Shown piece after piece: positions 1 through 31,960 of a stretch of 64,000 nucleotides of DNA. The position numbers and the translations under genes were made by a program. The stretch spans positions 18,848,001 through 18,912,000 of the forward strand of contig CM120646.1 of the NCBI GenBank assembly GCA_051362555.1, written 5' to 3'. Numbering within the stretch: position 1 is the stretch's first letter; every line of letters begins with the position of its first letter. The notes below the pieces were generated by a model. It saw only the letters and a program-made list of their open reading frames with translations. It did not search any database and was not told the origin of the DNA. The DNA comes from Lingula anatina. Lineage: Eukaryota > Animalia > Brachiopoda.

Positions 1-1729
1 AAAGGGAAGCCCATCCATTTGGACGGCAAACCCCTAAGGCTTAATTACTGATTAAACATCCAGGTAAGCTTAGATGAGGATCAATATTCTCAGTCATGGC
101 TCAGTTCACACAGGGGACTAACTTGGACTGACTGGAGAGTGTCGGTTTACCTTGCCAACCAGTGGATAAAATTGATCAACAAAGATTATTGAAATCAGAG
201 GTAGGATGAGGATGGATATGTTTTATATGTGTGGGTGCCACATAAATAATTCTGGTCAGTCAAATGTTATGCTTCAAAGCTAAAATGTTTACCGTCTTTT
301 TAGAAATGATTTGCTGTTTTACCACTATTAAGTAAAAGATTATGAAAACCCAATTTCAGCATAAGATAGACCTTTATAAATTTCCTTTTACGCTCTCCAA
401 ATGTGCAGGACAAGTGATCATGGAATTTCCGTTGTATTTTCATTCATGCGCACATGATTCGTCTTTTAAGAGAGCAAATGTATCCATCAATTCCAGCATG
501 TTTCCATGGCATCTCAAGGTATTACTAATAGTTTGATATCATCTGTCTCAATGTGCCTCATAAAAATCACTTTCATCAAATTATCTCTAATGCTGTCTTA
601 GAACTGATCAATACTCCACATATAACACTAATCTCCAGATTAATACAAGTTGGGATGTTTACACTGTGCTGAAAATAAGATGAGGCCAAATATTGACTAG
701 GGATGGATTCTAGGTATTCTCTGGAAGCTTCTGAGATTTTAACAAAATGAAAAAGGAAAGATATCAGGCCACAAAAGGGACACTGTGATATTCTTTCATC
801 TTCATAAAGAATGAAATTTATTGAATGTTTTTCCCTGTGCAAAAATCTATTGATTTACAGTCATGTTTTGGGACAAATTACAGCAAAAAGATGAATCAGA
901 CATATGCATTGCTGTATATGGTCAAATGTTGTCTTTTTATCCATAGTATCACTAATCAGTCACTAAGAATAAAAAGACAGTTTTGCTTTGATGGGATACA
1001 AAAGTCAGACAGTAACTTTATTTCCTAGTGGCTGATATGTATTCACTCATTCAGTCTTTCAATTAAGATGCTGTATAGCTTCAGAATTTAAATTCGATGC
1101 ATGAATTTAAGTGGAAAATGTATCATTGAGATCAGAATTGGCATGGAAAATTGAGACATTAATTTTTTGTGTTGGTTGTTGCTCTGTAGACGGGCATTTA
1201 TCTTTGGGGAATAATTTAGACAAATTGATCTGAGTCTCCCTAGTTGATCCAAATGTGGTTTTGTGCTCAGGGACCGGATGCAAGGTTATGAAAAATTAGT
1301 GAATACCATTTGTCAGTATTTTTTTTTTCTTCTTGAACATCTCCCCCCCCCCCCCCCCCATCCCTCCACCACTGAATTTTTTTAAATCTCTGTATAGCCC
1401 ACAAAAGAAGCGTAAGAAATGTAACATGTCCACCTCATCTTTAACTGTTACTTAAAAGTAAAATTATAGCAATATCAACATCAATGGCAGAGCAAAGATA
1501 TAGTGAGGAAATATTTCAGTGAAATGACCCATATCAGTGTTTAAGTACAGTGTCAGGCATATTGATGTTTTACAAGTGTTTGGCCTGTCTTATTGTACTA
1601 CTAGCATGGAGTCTAGTCACATTATCAGGTGCAGTCCAGGTGGTCAGGTGTTCCATTCATTATGGCCCAGTGAAGTTGTATGTAACTGTTGCTCATGTTC
1701 CTAAGCCCTGCCACTGAAGTCTGTGCTTT

Positions 1730-1814
1730 GTGCTACAAAAATCAGTAAGAGATTGTCTCTCTACTTTTCAGTGTGCTACAAAAATCAGTGAGAGATTGTC
1801 TCTCTACTTTTCAG
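1730..1814. repeat. Two-copy ~43-bp tandem duplication
   Basis: TGTGCTACAAAAATCAGT(A/G)AGAGATTGTCTCTCTACTTTTCAG occurs twice. Confidence 0.9.
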
Positions 1815-2513
1815 CTATGGGGAGGAAAGTGTCTACAGTAGGTTATATTTGAAATTCAGAAGCCATTTTCTATGTTTTACTTGCATGATGCTCACTGTTT
1901 GTGGGTCAGTAGAAAAGACTGGACATTTGACATTCCTTAGTATTTACAACTGCTATATGACACTTGTCATGGTGACAAGAATTATCCATATGACACCGGA
2001 AGAAGGTTGTTGTCCAAGAATAGCAAGTGACACAATTTTTGGTAGTTCTGTGTTGTTATCCAATCTTCAGAATATGCTACTAGTATAGCACACATAGCCC
2101 TACAGGTTTTCCCTACTAGTTATTAGTTTAACAGAATAAGGTTTTCTATTTCAATGCATTAGAACTATTGCACATGACTCGAGTCTGATTCTATCTCCAC
2201 AGACTTCCTATGTTAAATATAAAAGAACCTGAAAGCAATTGTTTCAGATAGACAGAAATACTGTATGACTCACGGTCAGAATAATGTGCCAGATTATATT
2301 TAATCAGGGATACTTTGACCTTTAGACACTACATATTTATTAAATATTCTCTAAATTTTGTATTTTGCAAGATTTCAAGGGAGACTGACCCATGAAGAGA
2401 AGACTTTTATTGAGTTATTTTATTTTGTATTTTTCCAGGTTTTCAAGGGAACATTAACAGTCCACTGATCAATACATTCCACTAACTCATTGCATCAAGT
2501 ACTACCAAGTAGT

Positions 2514-5500
2514 ATGGATGGCTCAGAGAGCGTCAGGTCAGGGCGCAGCGAGGGGCGGTCTGAACGCTCGCATCGCAGCCGAGGCCACAGGCATCATGGG
2601 AAAAGAAGTAGTCGAAGTATGGGACAGAACAGAGGCAGTGACCGAGATGATCGGTCTGTCACCATAAAATCCCCGTCAGGCGATGAACAGGATGGGGACG
2701 ATGAGCGTATCGAGGTACAGATTCTGCCTCAGGATGATAACTGGGGCGATAACACAACCGCCATTACGGGAGAGACCTCTGAGTGCGCCATCTCAATGGA
2801 GGATATGACACGGATATCAAAAGATATGGAGGACAGTGTTGGATTTGACTGTGCACGCTACATTGGCACCATTCTTGCTGGCATATTGGGCTTCTTTGCC
2901 TTCATTTCTCCAATAGCCATGGTGGTCCTGCCGAAAATTCAATTCTTCAAATGGGTAGAGAACCCCCCTCAACAGTGTAAACCAAATTGCGAAGGGCTCC
3001 TCATCAGCATGTCATTCAAACTTCTCATCCTACTCATGGGGACATGGGCCTTGTTTTTCCGTAAGCCCAAAGCCACCATGCCTCGCATTTTCATATTCCG
3101 TGCCTTGATTCTTTTCCTCATTTTCATTCTCACCTTTGCCTTTTGGCTGTTTTACGGAGTTCGCATCTTGGAGATGGGCGAGCAGGATTACCATAGTATA
3201 GTGACTTATGCAGTGTCCCTGGTGGATGCCTTGTTGTTTATACACTATCTGTCTATTATACTGCTGGAGATACGGCAGCTACAGCCCATGTATGTGGTCA
3301 AGGTGGTGAGGTCACCAGATGGAGAGAGTCGAAATTATTCCATTGGACAGTTAAGGTAAGTGTCTCACACCATTTTGAAAAGGTTACTTGATTGTAAATG
3401 AGTGGGTCAAGATATTTTGGACAGTCATTTGTGATTTTAGTTTTTATGTTTCTGAGACAGCTTTGAAAATGTCATTTTGTCTTAGATTAAAAGGGTCAGA
3501 AATTAGAAGGGTGTTTGTGATTTTTGTTAATTTGAAATGTTGCAGGACTTACCAGTTTGTAAATTTTTAAAATACTAGTATTCATTGGGAAACAGCACAT
3601 TGTTTTGAAAGACATAATGAACCAATAGAAAATTTAAAAAGAATGAAAATGTTATACTTTTCTTAATTCAGCATTCAGAGGACAGCGGTGTGGATCCTGG
3701 AGCAGTACTACCGTGATTTCCCAGTCTACAACCAGTATCTAGATCACATCCCGGGGTCACGCAGGGCAAATAAGATATCCAATTTCAAGTTTTATGATGT
3801 CGATGGCGTGACCAATCCCACGCCTCATGGCAGATCTCGGGCAATACTGGCTGCGGCCGCTCGAAGGAGAGACTCCAGTCATAATGATAGGTAATTGTTG
3901 AAGTTGTTTATAAATAAGAGATACACCATGAGCCAAGGAGTGTAGATAATTGATAATACAAGTGTATGGAGCTATGATCCTTGCTGATAGGGGGTATCTA
4001 ACTTTTTTTCATAGAAGTGTTGATAACAAAGGACAGAAAGAACAAGCGGAGTTGCGTAACTTGATGCATGCATGTCATGCATGTTTGTGAGATACATCTC
4101 ACCTGGAGCTTCTGTTCTTGACAACCTCCATGGTATCGAACTTAATGAGCCACTGCTGCTTTAAATTTAGATCTAAAAATGTTAGTGTTTGAGTTATAAC
4201 TAATATTTGGCCTCGAGATCCTTTGTGAAACTTGTGCCTTAATAATTCTATCATTTTTAATTTTTTCCAAACAAATTCATGTAGATGAATGTTTTGTGAC
4301 ATAACATTTCATTGATAGACAAATTAAATTCTGTTTGCTCAGTCAAGTCTTTTCAATCTATTCAATTTAAAAAAAAAATTGTGCAAGGAAGTTAACTGAA
4401 GCAGGATAATTATAGTGGTGTCTCTTTGATCTGGTATCAGCCAATTAAAGAAAAATAAATATTAAGGTTGGGAATGGTTCAAAGAAGAATATGAAATGTA
4501 AATACATCTTTAAACTTTTCTCATCACTGTCACATTTTCTGACTTTTTTTTCCGGTAAATTGTCACTATGATGATTATTATTTTTTCATTATTTCATATT
4601 TCAAGTACAAACCTGGTACATTGAAATAGCATGTCGTCAGTATTGTCGGATGTATACCTGAAGGTTCATATTAAAAAAAAAGAGCAAGCAGACACTTGGC
4701 TAATAAAATAATTTTGGTATTTTCAGGTTCTATGAGGAACAGGAGTATGAGAGGCGTGTGCGGAAGCGGCGTGCAAGACTTTTGGTGGCTGCAGAGGAAG
4801 CATTTACTCATATCAAGAGAATGCAGGACGAAGCAGGTACTTAGATATACATAACAATGCCTGAAAATGGGATTGCATAAATTTAGATTTACAGCCAATT
4901 TGAAAAAAAAAATCTCCATGTTGATTTGTAACTAGCTGTGTGAGTTAAATTGTTGTGTCAAGTGCACTTTATTGGTATTAGATTTTTGTTCTGTTAGGCA
5001 CTTATATAATATCTGTTCTTTATGTTTGACCAAACATTATCAGGTCAGCAGCTACATGTCAAGTTCCTTACATTTCTCAAACATTTTCTTTTTACTTCAG
5101 GTCCAGCAATTCCTATGGATCCACAAGAGGCAGCACAAGCCATATTCCCCTCAATGGCACGTGCTCTACAGAAGTACTTACGCATCACGCGACAGCAGCC
5201 ACGCTACTCAATGGAGGGAATACTGGAGCATTTAGCAGACTGTATCAGCCACGATATGAGCCCGCGTGCTTTCATGGAGAAATATCTCACACAAGGGGCT
5301 GTTGTTCACAACCCCAAGGACTACAAACCCACCCAGCCATGGGTTCTTGTATGTGACTCTCTACTCAGTCGTGCTGCTGAGCACGGAACTCTGTTTAACT
5401 TACGCCAAGGGGATGTTTCCCTTCTGTGTAAAGTGACCAAGATTCCCCATTTTAGTATCACTGAGGAGGTGATTAATCCCAAGAACAACAAGTTTGTCCT

Positions 5501-5528
5501 TAGGTTGAATTCTGAGACATCTGTCTAA
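2514..5528 (+). CDS. VANGL: Vang-like / Strabismus planar cell polarity protein, ~532 aa; exons 2514-3355, 3672-3890, 4727-4836, 5101-5528
   Basis: Has the [18 protein letters not shown] motif, four hydrophobic TM segments, [21 protein letters not shown], [19 protein letters not shown] and a C-terminal PDZ-binding ETSV*. All introns are GT-AG and the exons join in frame (1599 nt). Confidence 0.96.
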
Positions 5529-8500
5529 GGGCTGTATGTAGTGCTGACATCTATTGACAAAACAAAACATTGAGCTGGAGATTATGCCACAGTCATTTAT
5601 AGTGATAACATCTGTTGAGAGAAAATATTATGGTGGAGAGTATATCACAGGCGTCTACCAAGAAAACTTAGCTGCATACTGCACTTTGTGGAATGGGAGA
5701 AATGCCTTTTATAATTAAACATGCAAATAAGAAATATTTTACATGCAAGAAAGTGGTATTATGTATGAGAGGTATATGTGGGCCCCACCCAGATTCACAT
5801 TCTGTCCATTATAAAGCATTTTGGTTACTTAAGAGACCTGAAGAGGAAACACAGCAGTTCTCAGATGTGACTGAGTGGAACACTGGACAGATTAAGAGCT
5901 GTTACAATAGTCTATGGCACAAGATTTCCACTTGCAACAAAAAGAGCAAAAGCCGTGTATAAACAATATTTATGAGATATACACCTCTGTATGCACGTTC
6001 TGTGTATAGGTAGAACCTCTGTTAATATACACTTGCCATATGAGAGGTTTTAGTTGCATTATACACCCAGTGTGTATGTTACAATATCTTACTGTTAATG
6101 ACATCAAGTGTACAATTTAATATTTGGATTTATTATGATGCAAGCAGGTGCATTTTAAAGACTGCCATGTTAGTGAATTTGGATCAATGCCTGTTGTATT
6201 GTATTTAACTGATCCAGTGTCATAAGGTAATAGTACCCCCCCTCCCCCCCTTACACAGCCTGCTCCCAAAGACAGGTACAAACACACACATAAACATTTC
6301 TTTCTCGAATTGCATACAACAGAATATCATTTCAAACAGTTTTATGAGTGTTGATGACCTTTTTGTCCCACCATATCCCCCACAGGAATTGTGGAATACC
6401 TGATGCATTTACAGCCTTTGCAACCATCATCATGTCCAGTATTATAAAATGTGTCTTCTTAGGTTCTGACTATCTGTGTGTGTTGTTTAGATATGCAAGG
6501 TGCAGTAAGTACCAGTAGGCCATTTCTCACTAGTGTGGATTAATGCCAAAGTAGTTAAAAATGTATCTTTAAGTTGTACAGACTTGTTCAAATGAGGAAG
6601 GTCATGTTGTGATGTATTCAGACAGGTTTACTTTAGACTGAAAGTAGGTCTCACTTTTGTCAACATTTTAATAACATGAGGTCTCATCATCTTAGTCTAA
6701 TATGTGGAAGGTTTTTTGATACCGTAATTAATAAGCTGGCAACTGTGGTTGGAAGAAATGCCTAAATTGACCTGGTTATAAAAACAGCCTTGTAATGAGT
6801 TGTTGTCTATGACAGTTTTGTGAAACAGGACCCCTGGTCTGATGATAACATGTCTGAGTGCAGTTTGTGTGTGACCTTAGCAGATTGGGTGACAATACTT
6901 GGTCCAAATGTAACAACAGAACTTGTACGTGTAGGCAGTTTTGTTCTGGCGCGAAATAACTGTTTACTTTGCAATTAACTCTGTCATGGGACCATGGCAA
7001 AAGCATATCTTCTGTCTGCAATGTAATATAACATTTACATTTATATAGTACATTATGCACATGTTCACGACTAAATCTAGATGATTAGACGTAGGCAGCC
7101 ATTTTGATATTTTCAAATTTATCAAGGAGTGCCGTTTTAGCTTCAGTAAATGATGCCTCCATACGGCTTAAATAACATGTGATAAAGGAATATTTAGACA
7201 GCTTATGGTTTAGTTGGTACCAGTATCACGAGTTCTTGATGTTTCTTTCATTATTTGTGACCTAAGAATTTTAAAGCAGAAATTTGAATTGTACAGTGGT
7301 ATTTGCATTTAGTGTCAGTTTCAGTAAACTCCTTAACAAACATATCTGCTGTCTGCTCGATGACATTAATTTTTAAAACAGAATTTGGTTCCTGACTTTT
7401 GAATATTAGATAATGTAATTTTGACTTGCTGTAGTGAACACATTCAACCGCTATCGAGTTCACATTTAGCAGTGTTATCTATTTTATGAACTTGAATGTG
7501 CATTTGTACCTATGTGTTCATTTTAGTACCTTTGTTGGTGTCACTTTTAGTGATTCATAGAGCTTTTTAGAGCATGATAAGGGGAAGTCTTTTGAATTAG
7601 AAAAAAAGGAATGTGAAAATTAGGTGTTTAAATTGCATCCAATTCATTCTGGTTTTACTGTGAAGGTGCATTTTTCTTGTCACTAATTAGTAGTCTTCAG
7701 CTGGAATGAGAAAGTGATCAAATTAACTGATCTCTTGTTCCTTAGCTTTAAGAATTTTGTTGTATCTGCTTTTATCCACATAACACGTACTTAATCCATT
7801 CCTCAGTTCCAAAAGCTTTTTATGTTTATTATTTCAAATATCACTGAGATTTTGTACATTGTTTTGTTTATTAACTAGGTACTCTCAGTCAGTTTATACA
7901 GGATCTAACTGCTTTGCTTGTATTAACATGTCTTCTCTGGTAATTCTTTATTCCAGGAGAAGAGATAAATTGCTAGAAATAGATTTAAATTTTTTTAATC
8001 ATTAAAACATTTTAACTGTAGACAGCTTTGTGGAAACAGTGGACAAGTTTATAAAAAAAAAACTTTTGTAAGAATAAACTATGTATATTTCAAGCAAAGA
8101 GTTAGGAATTATTTCATAGAAAATTTTCATTTTCAAGTGCATTTTTGTAATATTTTCAGAGGTTATTTAAAATAACAGAAATTAGGCTCACTTGCTCACA
8201 GAATTTATTACAACAAATTTAAATGCCTAATATACATTACATGATGTAACAATTTCACATTAATTCATACAATCTGCATAATCTAAACAAATGAGGTCTG
8301 CATAATGAGAGATTTGGCAAGATTCACTCTTAATCTTGCATTCTTGCCTGTATTTTGATTAATATTTCTGAAAAAAATAACTTTTAATTAATGAATCCCT
8401 AGTCTATTTGAAAAAAATAAATTTTACACAACTTTTATTCATTAAATGCATAAAAAATGTACTTAAATTGGCATCTGCAGATACTTTGATAAGTAAAAAA

Positions 8501-11265
8501 AATGGTGTAGACCTAAGGGCAAACAGCTTTGTTCGCTATTCATACATATATGCAGGCAATATTTTTGGTGTCCAGCTCTAACTACAATTTGATCTAAACG
8601 GCATCAAAGGTTTCCAGTAGAAATAATTATTATCACATTCAATAATGGTGCCACATAATTAGCTGAGTACCAAAAATTAACAGTAAAGAAAGCATGTCAT
8701 TTCAAAAAAGCAAATTTTAACAACAACGAGTATAAATATTAAGAATACTAGTAAGAACACAATAAGGAGGACTTCTGGCACAAATAAGAGACAAAAAGCT
8801 GGGAAGAGTTATTGACATCAAAATGGGCCATTATAAGCAAAATACTCATTTTACTTCATTTGGAGAATAGAAAATAAACCCTTTGGCAAATTTTCTAACA
8901 TGTCAGTAAAAATATATGTTGTTTATATTCACTTGATATTGACCACATATACGTCTTGACACATTGGACACTTATACAGCAAGCTCTGTGAAAATGTTCA
9001 CATGTACAGGAACAAGACATCTTGGAAAGAGAAGGATGCACTGTAGTGTTTTGAGAATTGTTGTATACTAACATTAGAAGTTATGCTATTTCAATAGAAA
9101 ATTAGACATAACTGTCAATAAATAGAGAAATGAACAGATTTTAATAGCTAATATTTCTTCTTTTTACACCTGACCAAATGAGAAGAGGGGGAGGATGATA
9201 CTCCCACACCTATTGACTAAGCTGTCTAAGCATACAAACTATTGGCTGGTGAGGTATAAGTTTGACAAAACAACACCACATTTCTAGTGTTTTGAGCATT
9301 TTTGACAACCAATTCTAGCTGTTAGTCTGTTGCCAAGTACACACAAAGCTCAATATATAAAAGTTTGCTTTCACACAAAAACTCAACTAAATGGCCAAGT
9401 GCCATTTCTCAATTTCATATCAGATAAGGAAGTCTTTACTGACTGGTGACATTCCCCTCACATTTGGTGGGTGAATAGGATTACAAAACATGAAATTATT
9501 AATTTATAATAATTAATAATTAGTTCACACCCAGTGTTTCATAAATTCAGCCACCTTTTAAACAAAAAGGAAACATGAAGTTGATCAATAATGCCTTTAA
9601 AAAATTGAGTTGAATAGAGACAGGTTATACACCAATAAAAATTCAATAAATAAATGAAGAAATTATAAAATCAATCTTTGAGGTAAACAAACAATTTCAG
9701 GTATAATTATTTCTCATTAAATTTAAGTCTGATCCCTTAATATAACATGACTCATAAGGCCATAAAGATATGTTCGTATCAAAATCTCAATAACTTACCT
9801 GTTACACAATTTATTATCGACTAAATATTACACCTAAGTACATTTAATACTGAATCAAATAAAGCAACTTACCCATAGTTTCGTATTGGTTAAATAAAGC
9901 TATCAGTAATGGTAGTCTCATATTACTATGTTTAAAGGCATACATTGCACTTTATTCTTTCTATAGCAAAGAAAAAATCCGGGAAATTTCACCTTAAGTC
10001 ATTGAGGTACCTATCTTAATTATTCGAGAAAATTACGATTTATAAAGCCATTACAAAGTTTTCACATATGGATCAGACTTAAATTCACCAGCCCCCATCT
10101 ATATAATACGAGTTACCAATACAGATTTAGGGATCATAGGTGAATTATAATGTGAAACTTCCAGAAAATACGTTTCATGCCATATCAAGGTCTAATGCTC
10201 ACTGTGTGCCTTAAAGTTTTTCTTCAGTAACTGTAGCTACAAATAATAGCCTGGAGGAGTCATCATTTCAACAAAAAGCCGTATGGTTTTGTTGACCTTA
10301 GATCATAATTTTCTATTTATGAAAATCACCACCACTTTGGCCCCTTTTGATGAGTTTGCTAAGTTACAACAAGATCACATTTACCATTACTTTTGGTGGT
10401 CTCAGTCCACTTGTCATGGAATATTAATGGGACTTACAGCCGTGTTACAGCAACTTTTCACTGAGAGCAAACACGACACGTGTCTAAAATATTGTATCAG
10501 GACACCATGTGATTGTGATTTCAGTTACCACAACCATGAAAAAAAAATGAACATGAATAATCAAAACACATCAATGTGCACAGCATGCTAGAAATGGAAG
10601 CTTAAGTGATCACATTTGTGGAAGTCATTACTAGTAGTCAAGCCTTTGCAAGGGCCAGATCGGAGAATATTATGAAACCACTGGCCTTAGACAAGATACT
10701 CCTGGTGTAAGGTGTATCTGCACCCAACTATGAGACAGGTTCCCTGGCTACATGTAGTTCACTGAGCAAAAACAATCTTAGTCTTTCCAAACCTCTGGCC
10801 CCATTAAATGTTGGTGGCATATTGAAACAAGTTGATTTTTGGTGTTATAGCTTGATTTTAAGGCTGATAAAATAAGTTAATTTGACCTAAATTTTTTCTG
10901 TGAAATGCAACTTGACTGGTTTAGACACTTGGTCATATTTATTAAACCTCAACCACCTGACTTTTGATCTGAACTCTTTTGATCTCATAATACTTGGTTT
11001 CTTCTTTACCTCCTTTGTACTTGCAATTGGTATTTCTAAATATCCATCATGAAACAATTTCTCTTTACTTTCTTTTTTTCTCTCCTGCCCAAGAAAAAGT
11101 AAAGCATACATATACACAATGTTTTGCAGCATGCATCATATTTGCCCTGGCTTAGAGATTCTGGAACTCTCCAAGGAAATAGTACTCCCAGCAGAGCACC
11201 ACTACCCATTCTCCTCTCCTATTAGTGCCACTGTCCAATCAGGCAGTACCCCCTGCAGAGCACCA

Positions 11266-27975
<16,710 letters not shown>

Positions 27976-28948
27976 TCCTGATGCTGTCGACAACAACAGT
28001 AACAGTAACAACACACTGCAGCATGCTTTAACTACAGCACTACACTGGTAACAGGTTGGTATTGCTGTGCTTCCATGTGTCACATACTGTATTCTGGATA
28101 ATTACTGCACAGGCAATGTCACAGTTGAGAATCCCTTTTATGTAACACTAAACAGATTTACTGATATCTATATGGATGCTGAAGCACAGTTTTATATTTT
28201 AAATACTTCAGGGCTTCTTGATCGAGCAAACGTTAACTTAACTGTGGTTGCTTTATGTCCAGGCACTGGGCACAATAAAGCAGATCATGCTATCAATATG
28301 CAGTGAAGCTTCTATACAGTTGCCAGTGTCAATAAAATAGCACATAAATTCCTGAATGTGCCTTAGCTGGATTAAGTTTGATTTTGTATGTCAAGTATTT
28401 TACATCAGCTAAACAAGTCTCTGTTTTTCTTCTTCTGGTGCCATATTTCATCTGTAAAAACAATAAAACATACCAGCATGGGTTATATGCTGCCTGGAGT
28501 ATTTCAGCAGTCACTGCACTCCATCCCCCAAAAATGGGTTTTCACATGGAAGTGAAATTAAGATTCCCACTTGAGCGTGTAACACTGCAGCCACCGATGG
28601 GATTTTTACGATTTAAAAGATTTTACGATAAATTTAACAGATGTGTGTTAACAAACTTGAAAGCAAGCATTAGTATTTACTTAGCTTCAAAACAAGATAT
28701 AGAAATAAAGGAAAACCTTGACCATCAGTCTCAATAATACTTTATTTTTCATTTTCCTCCAATTTAACACTGATTTAGTGAAATAATTACTAGTAAAATT
28801 AATTGTTGGCTTCATTGAAATTTGTGTAAGACCAACTCCCTGGAAGGTGATATGCATATACACCAATAACAGTAAGAAACACGCGGACCATTAACCGTTA
28901 ATTTCCATTTGACAGTAAATAAACGTTCGCAATCACTCACAAACTTAC

Positions 28949-29016
28949 CTGGATTGTGACTGTCAAAACACTAAGCTCTCACGGCATCAAGTGGTTTTCA
29001 AAATGGCGGAAGTCCG
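28949..29016 (-). promoter_or_regulatory. Probable DIXDC1 core promoter and non-coding first exon with a composite YY1/ETS motif
   Basis: AAAATGGCGGAAGT at 29000-29013 (YY1 CGCCATTTT overlapping ETS CGGAAGT), followed on the minus strand by a strong CAG|GTAAGT donor at 28948. Confidence 0.6.
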
Positions 29017-30028
29017 TTAATCTCGACTCATAATATTGTATAAGCGTCATTCTGGGTGAGTGATTATATTCATATATCTCATTCATATTTATGTAAAAAA
29101 ATTAGGTGTCATGATATCTGATTCCTCCTAAATCAGATGTTCATCATGCTGCCTCACGAGAAAAACGCTTCATGGTATTTCAGAGTATAACAATCATGAC
29201 CTACTTATAAATCACATTGTGGTAGAGGATCCAAGGGAAGCAATGCGGCTCCCCATCTGGCTGCTATGCTCTCGTGCAAGTTAGGTCCTACTACTGCAGC
29301 TAAAAGGTCTTTAAAACGACACTCGAATAGTTTTAGTGGAGATGACCCTTAAAGTGATATGAGAAGGAGGTTTTTATTACTATTCACCACAATTAAAATA
29401 ATGCACTTTTGACATTACTCTGCGGTTTTGTTCATTGTCGTGGAAGTTGACCGGGAAGGAGGGGCCGGGCAGCCTAGGGCAATTTAGGCCTATATAACCT
29501 CACATGTTAGCTACCGAAGAAAAGCAGGGTAGATTTGCTACAATACACAGGAGACAGGGTTGGGAACATTTCATTCAGACATATAGGACATCATGAAAAG
29601 AAGGGAAAAGGAAGATGGAGAAGCAAGAAAGAAGAGGTTATATGGGGAATGTGTTTGGAAGGCGAACTGCAGCTGATAACTTATATTTAAGTAAGAGATC
29701 AAGCGATCTGTTATTGTAATTAGATAAGGATCAAAGTTCCATCGAATGCATTTCGGGCGAAATACTGCAGGCTCCCTATGGCATTTAAAAATATTAACAA
29801 ATCATCGGAGCATAGAATTAATATTCCATTTTTCTTATGAAAAGATAATTTATTGAAAAAAAAAAAAAACAACTAAAATTGTAGTTCTTTATTGTTTCCT
29901 GATCCTTTTCATCTACCGTCATTTTATTTGCTCCTCATGTCGTCTTGGAAATTTCAAACACAAGATAAGAAAGCTTTTAAAATGATCTGAATGAAAGGGA
30001 TTTTCTAAAAGAATTTGTTCATAATTTG

Positions 30029-31960
30029 TCAATAAAGTTCAGTGTTTGCGTATTCCGTATTACTTTTCGCCTTATACCGTTTTAGTGACCAGAGCGCGTA
30101 AGTTGTACATGTTGGATCAGTTATCCACTTGTCCCCGTGAGATTTGTCCCCGACGAAGACCTGTGATATGTCGGCGTCATATCTTGCCCCCTGGAAGAAC
30201 GGCATGGAAATCCTTTGGACGCCAAGATCAAGAACACGATGACGCGTGGCTTTCAATATCCCGCCAGTCATGCGCGATAGGCACTCGCCGATGTTCATCA
30301 CGAGCGAGTTCGGGCGGCAGTCCACGGTCAGCCATTCTGTCATGGCGATGTTTTCGTCGTCCTTCTGTATCTGCAGCCCAGGGAAGTTGAACGTTGCCAG
30401 AAGAGTCAACAGAGCGCTGTCGGTGTGTTCATCACAGTGTAGCTTTTTCCCATCAGATCCCACAGCGGCTTCCGGATGTGGTCCTGTTCGGACAGGGTAG
30501 CAGAGCATGCGCAGCGTCGACATAGGCTTATTTTCAATCATGCTGTCAAATGCACTTTCTTCTAAGCCCAATCCTAGAGCAATCATGCGAAGAATGTCTT
30601 TAGAAACCACTGTCATATTGTCATGATGCTTCTGAAGATATTCTCGGAAGTTGGGGCAGTCGTCGTCTTCTTCTGGCCACGTGACGTGCTCGTAGAGAAG
30701 GGTGCGCTTCATGATTGGGTCATCGTAAGGCAGCTCCGCGCCAAAATCGAATCCTTCTTTGTAGGAATTGCCTTCTGGGTTTGCTGCATAGTAGCCACGA
30801 TATACGTTTTTGCAGTTTGGGTCATGGTTGTAGTTTTTCGTTCCAACCTGCAAAAAATGGAGCGCCTTGAATGGTTTATCAAATTCCAAGTAAAAAGAAT
30901 ATGAAATGTTCGAACAAAATGCACGTGGACTTAAATGTGTTACAGGAAAGATTCTTAGTTTATTAAGAATCAGGTAAAACCTGAGCAGAAAGAATCAAGC
31001 AAAAGTATTTGGATATAATGTATTAAAAGGAAAAAAATTAAAGTTGACAGTAAGCAGTGGAGAAATAATCCAATAAAGACTAGATAAAGTTTATATCGCA
31101 CATCACTGCCGAAACTATTCATCGTATTATTAACAACATATTGACACCTGGAATGAAAAGTAGGCCTATTTATAATAAGTTTAAACTAGGCGTGATGAAA
31201 GAATTGAGAGTAGAAAGAGGAATAATTGGTTAAAATTGGACGATGTTCAGCGCAGAACTTTTAAATCTGAGTCTCCAAGTAAAGAAAGGAAACCTTGCGA
31301 CTCGTAGCTGGATGTTCTAAAATCAAGATGTATTATTGTTCTTTTTACTTTTTTAAAGAAAAAATATTTTAAAGAAAAGGACTTTTATGTAAGATTAAAC
31401 TTTTTAAAAATCAGTTTTGTTTTAAATTAATTATGGATGATATAATTTAACGATGAAGGCAAAAAGATGTCGGCAATAGCCCACAAAGATGACGTTGAAA
31501 TATAATCCAATTTTCACACAAATTTCTGATCTTGACGACGGTCTGTGCCCTAAACATTAATACTGAGTTATCAATGCACGCAACCTTAAAGTTGGGTGAC
31601 ACATTAAGATTACCTAATGCACTTTACTATCTCAAATCACACTTTCTTATCATATTGTGTATATTGACCCAGCTGCATAAGCTAATATTTACTAACTTTC
31701 TTTAAACACAGCAAAAATGATAACAGTGTAATGTCGAGTTTCCCTTTTAAATTCACCTTCCTTTTCCAAGCGTCCGGTTTAGAGAAGAACCACTCGGCCC
31801 TCTTCAGCAACTCCCACGGTTCAAAACAGTCCACGTTGTCAATGTAGGCGAAACCTCCATGCTCTAGCGCATCCACTAGCTCTTTAGCCACCGCCAGGCG
31901 GTCAGTTTTAGCCTTACTGTAGTCTATGATCGGCAAGCACGGCTTGGACGTGGAACCCAT
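30029..31960 (-). CDS. Isopenicillin-N-synthase-like 2OG-Fe(II) dioxygenase, copy 1 (340 aa); exons 31960-31757, 30847-30029
   Basis: DIOX_N start LPIIDYS...ALEHGGFAYIDN, YRGY, iron ligands HTD...H (ATRHRV), LVMNIGECL and the RxS cosubstrate motif (RIS). Phase-0 GT-AG intron. Confidence 0.92.

Noticed and set aside
2466-2513. Possible non-AUG N-terminal extension of Vang (ORF track starts at TTG 2490)
   Set aside because: An in-frame TGA at 2466 limits any extension to ~15 codons, with no supporting motif.
27976-28083. Signal-peptide-like poly-Leu stretch upstream of the DIXDC1 start
   Set aside because: It derives from a low-complexity AAC/AGT repeat, and DIXDC1 is a cytoplasmic protein. 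Probably 5' UTR, though an upstream start cannot be fully excluded.
30046-30904. Plus-strand ORFs overlapping the dioxygenase exons (also 34660-35098, 38206-38403)
   Set aside because: They are antisense shadows of GC-richer coding exons with no recognisable motifs.
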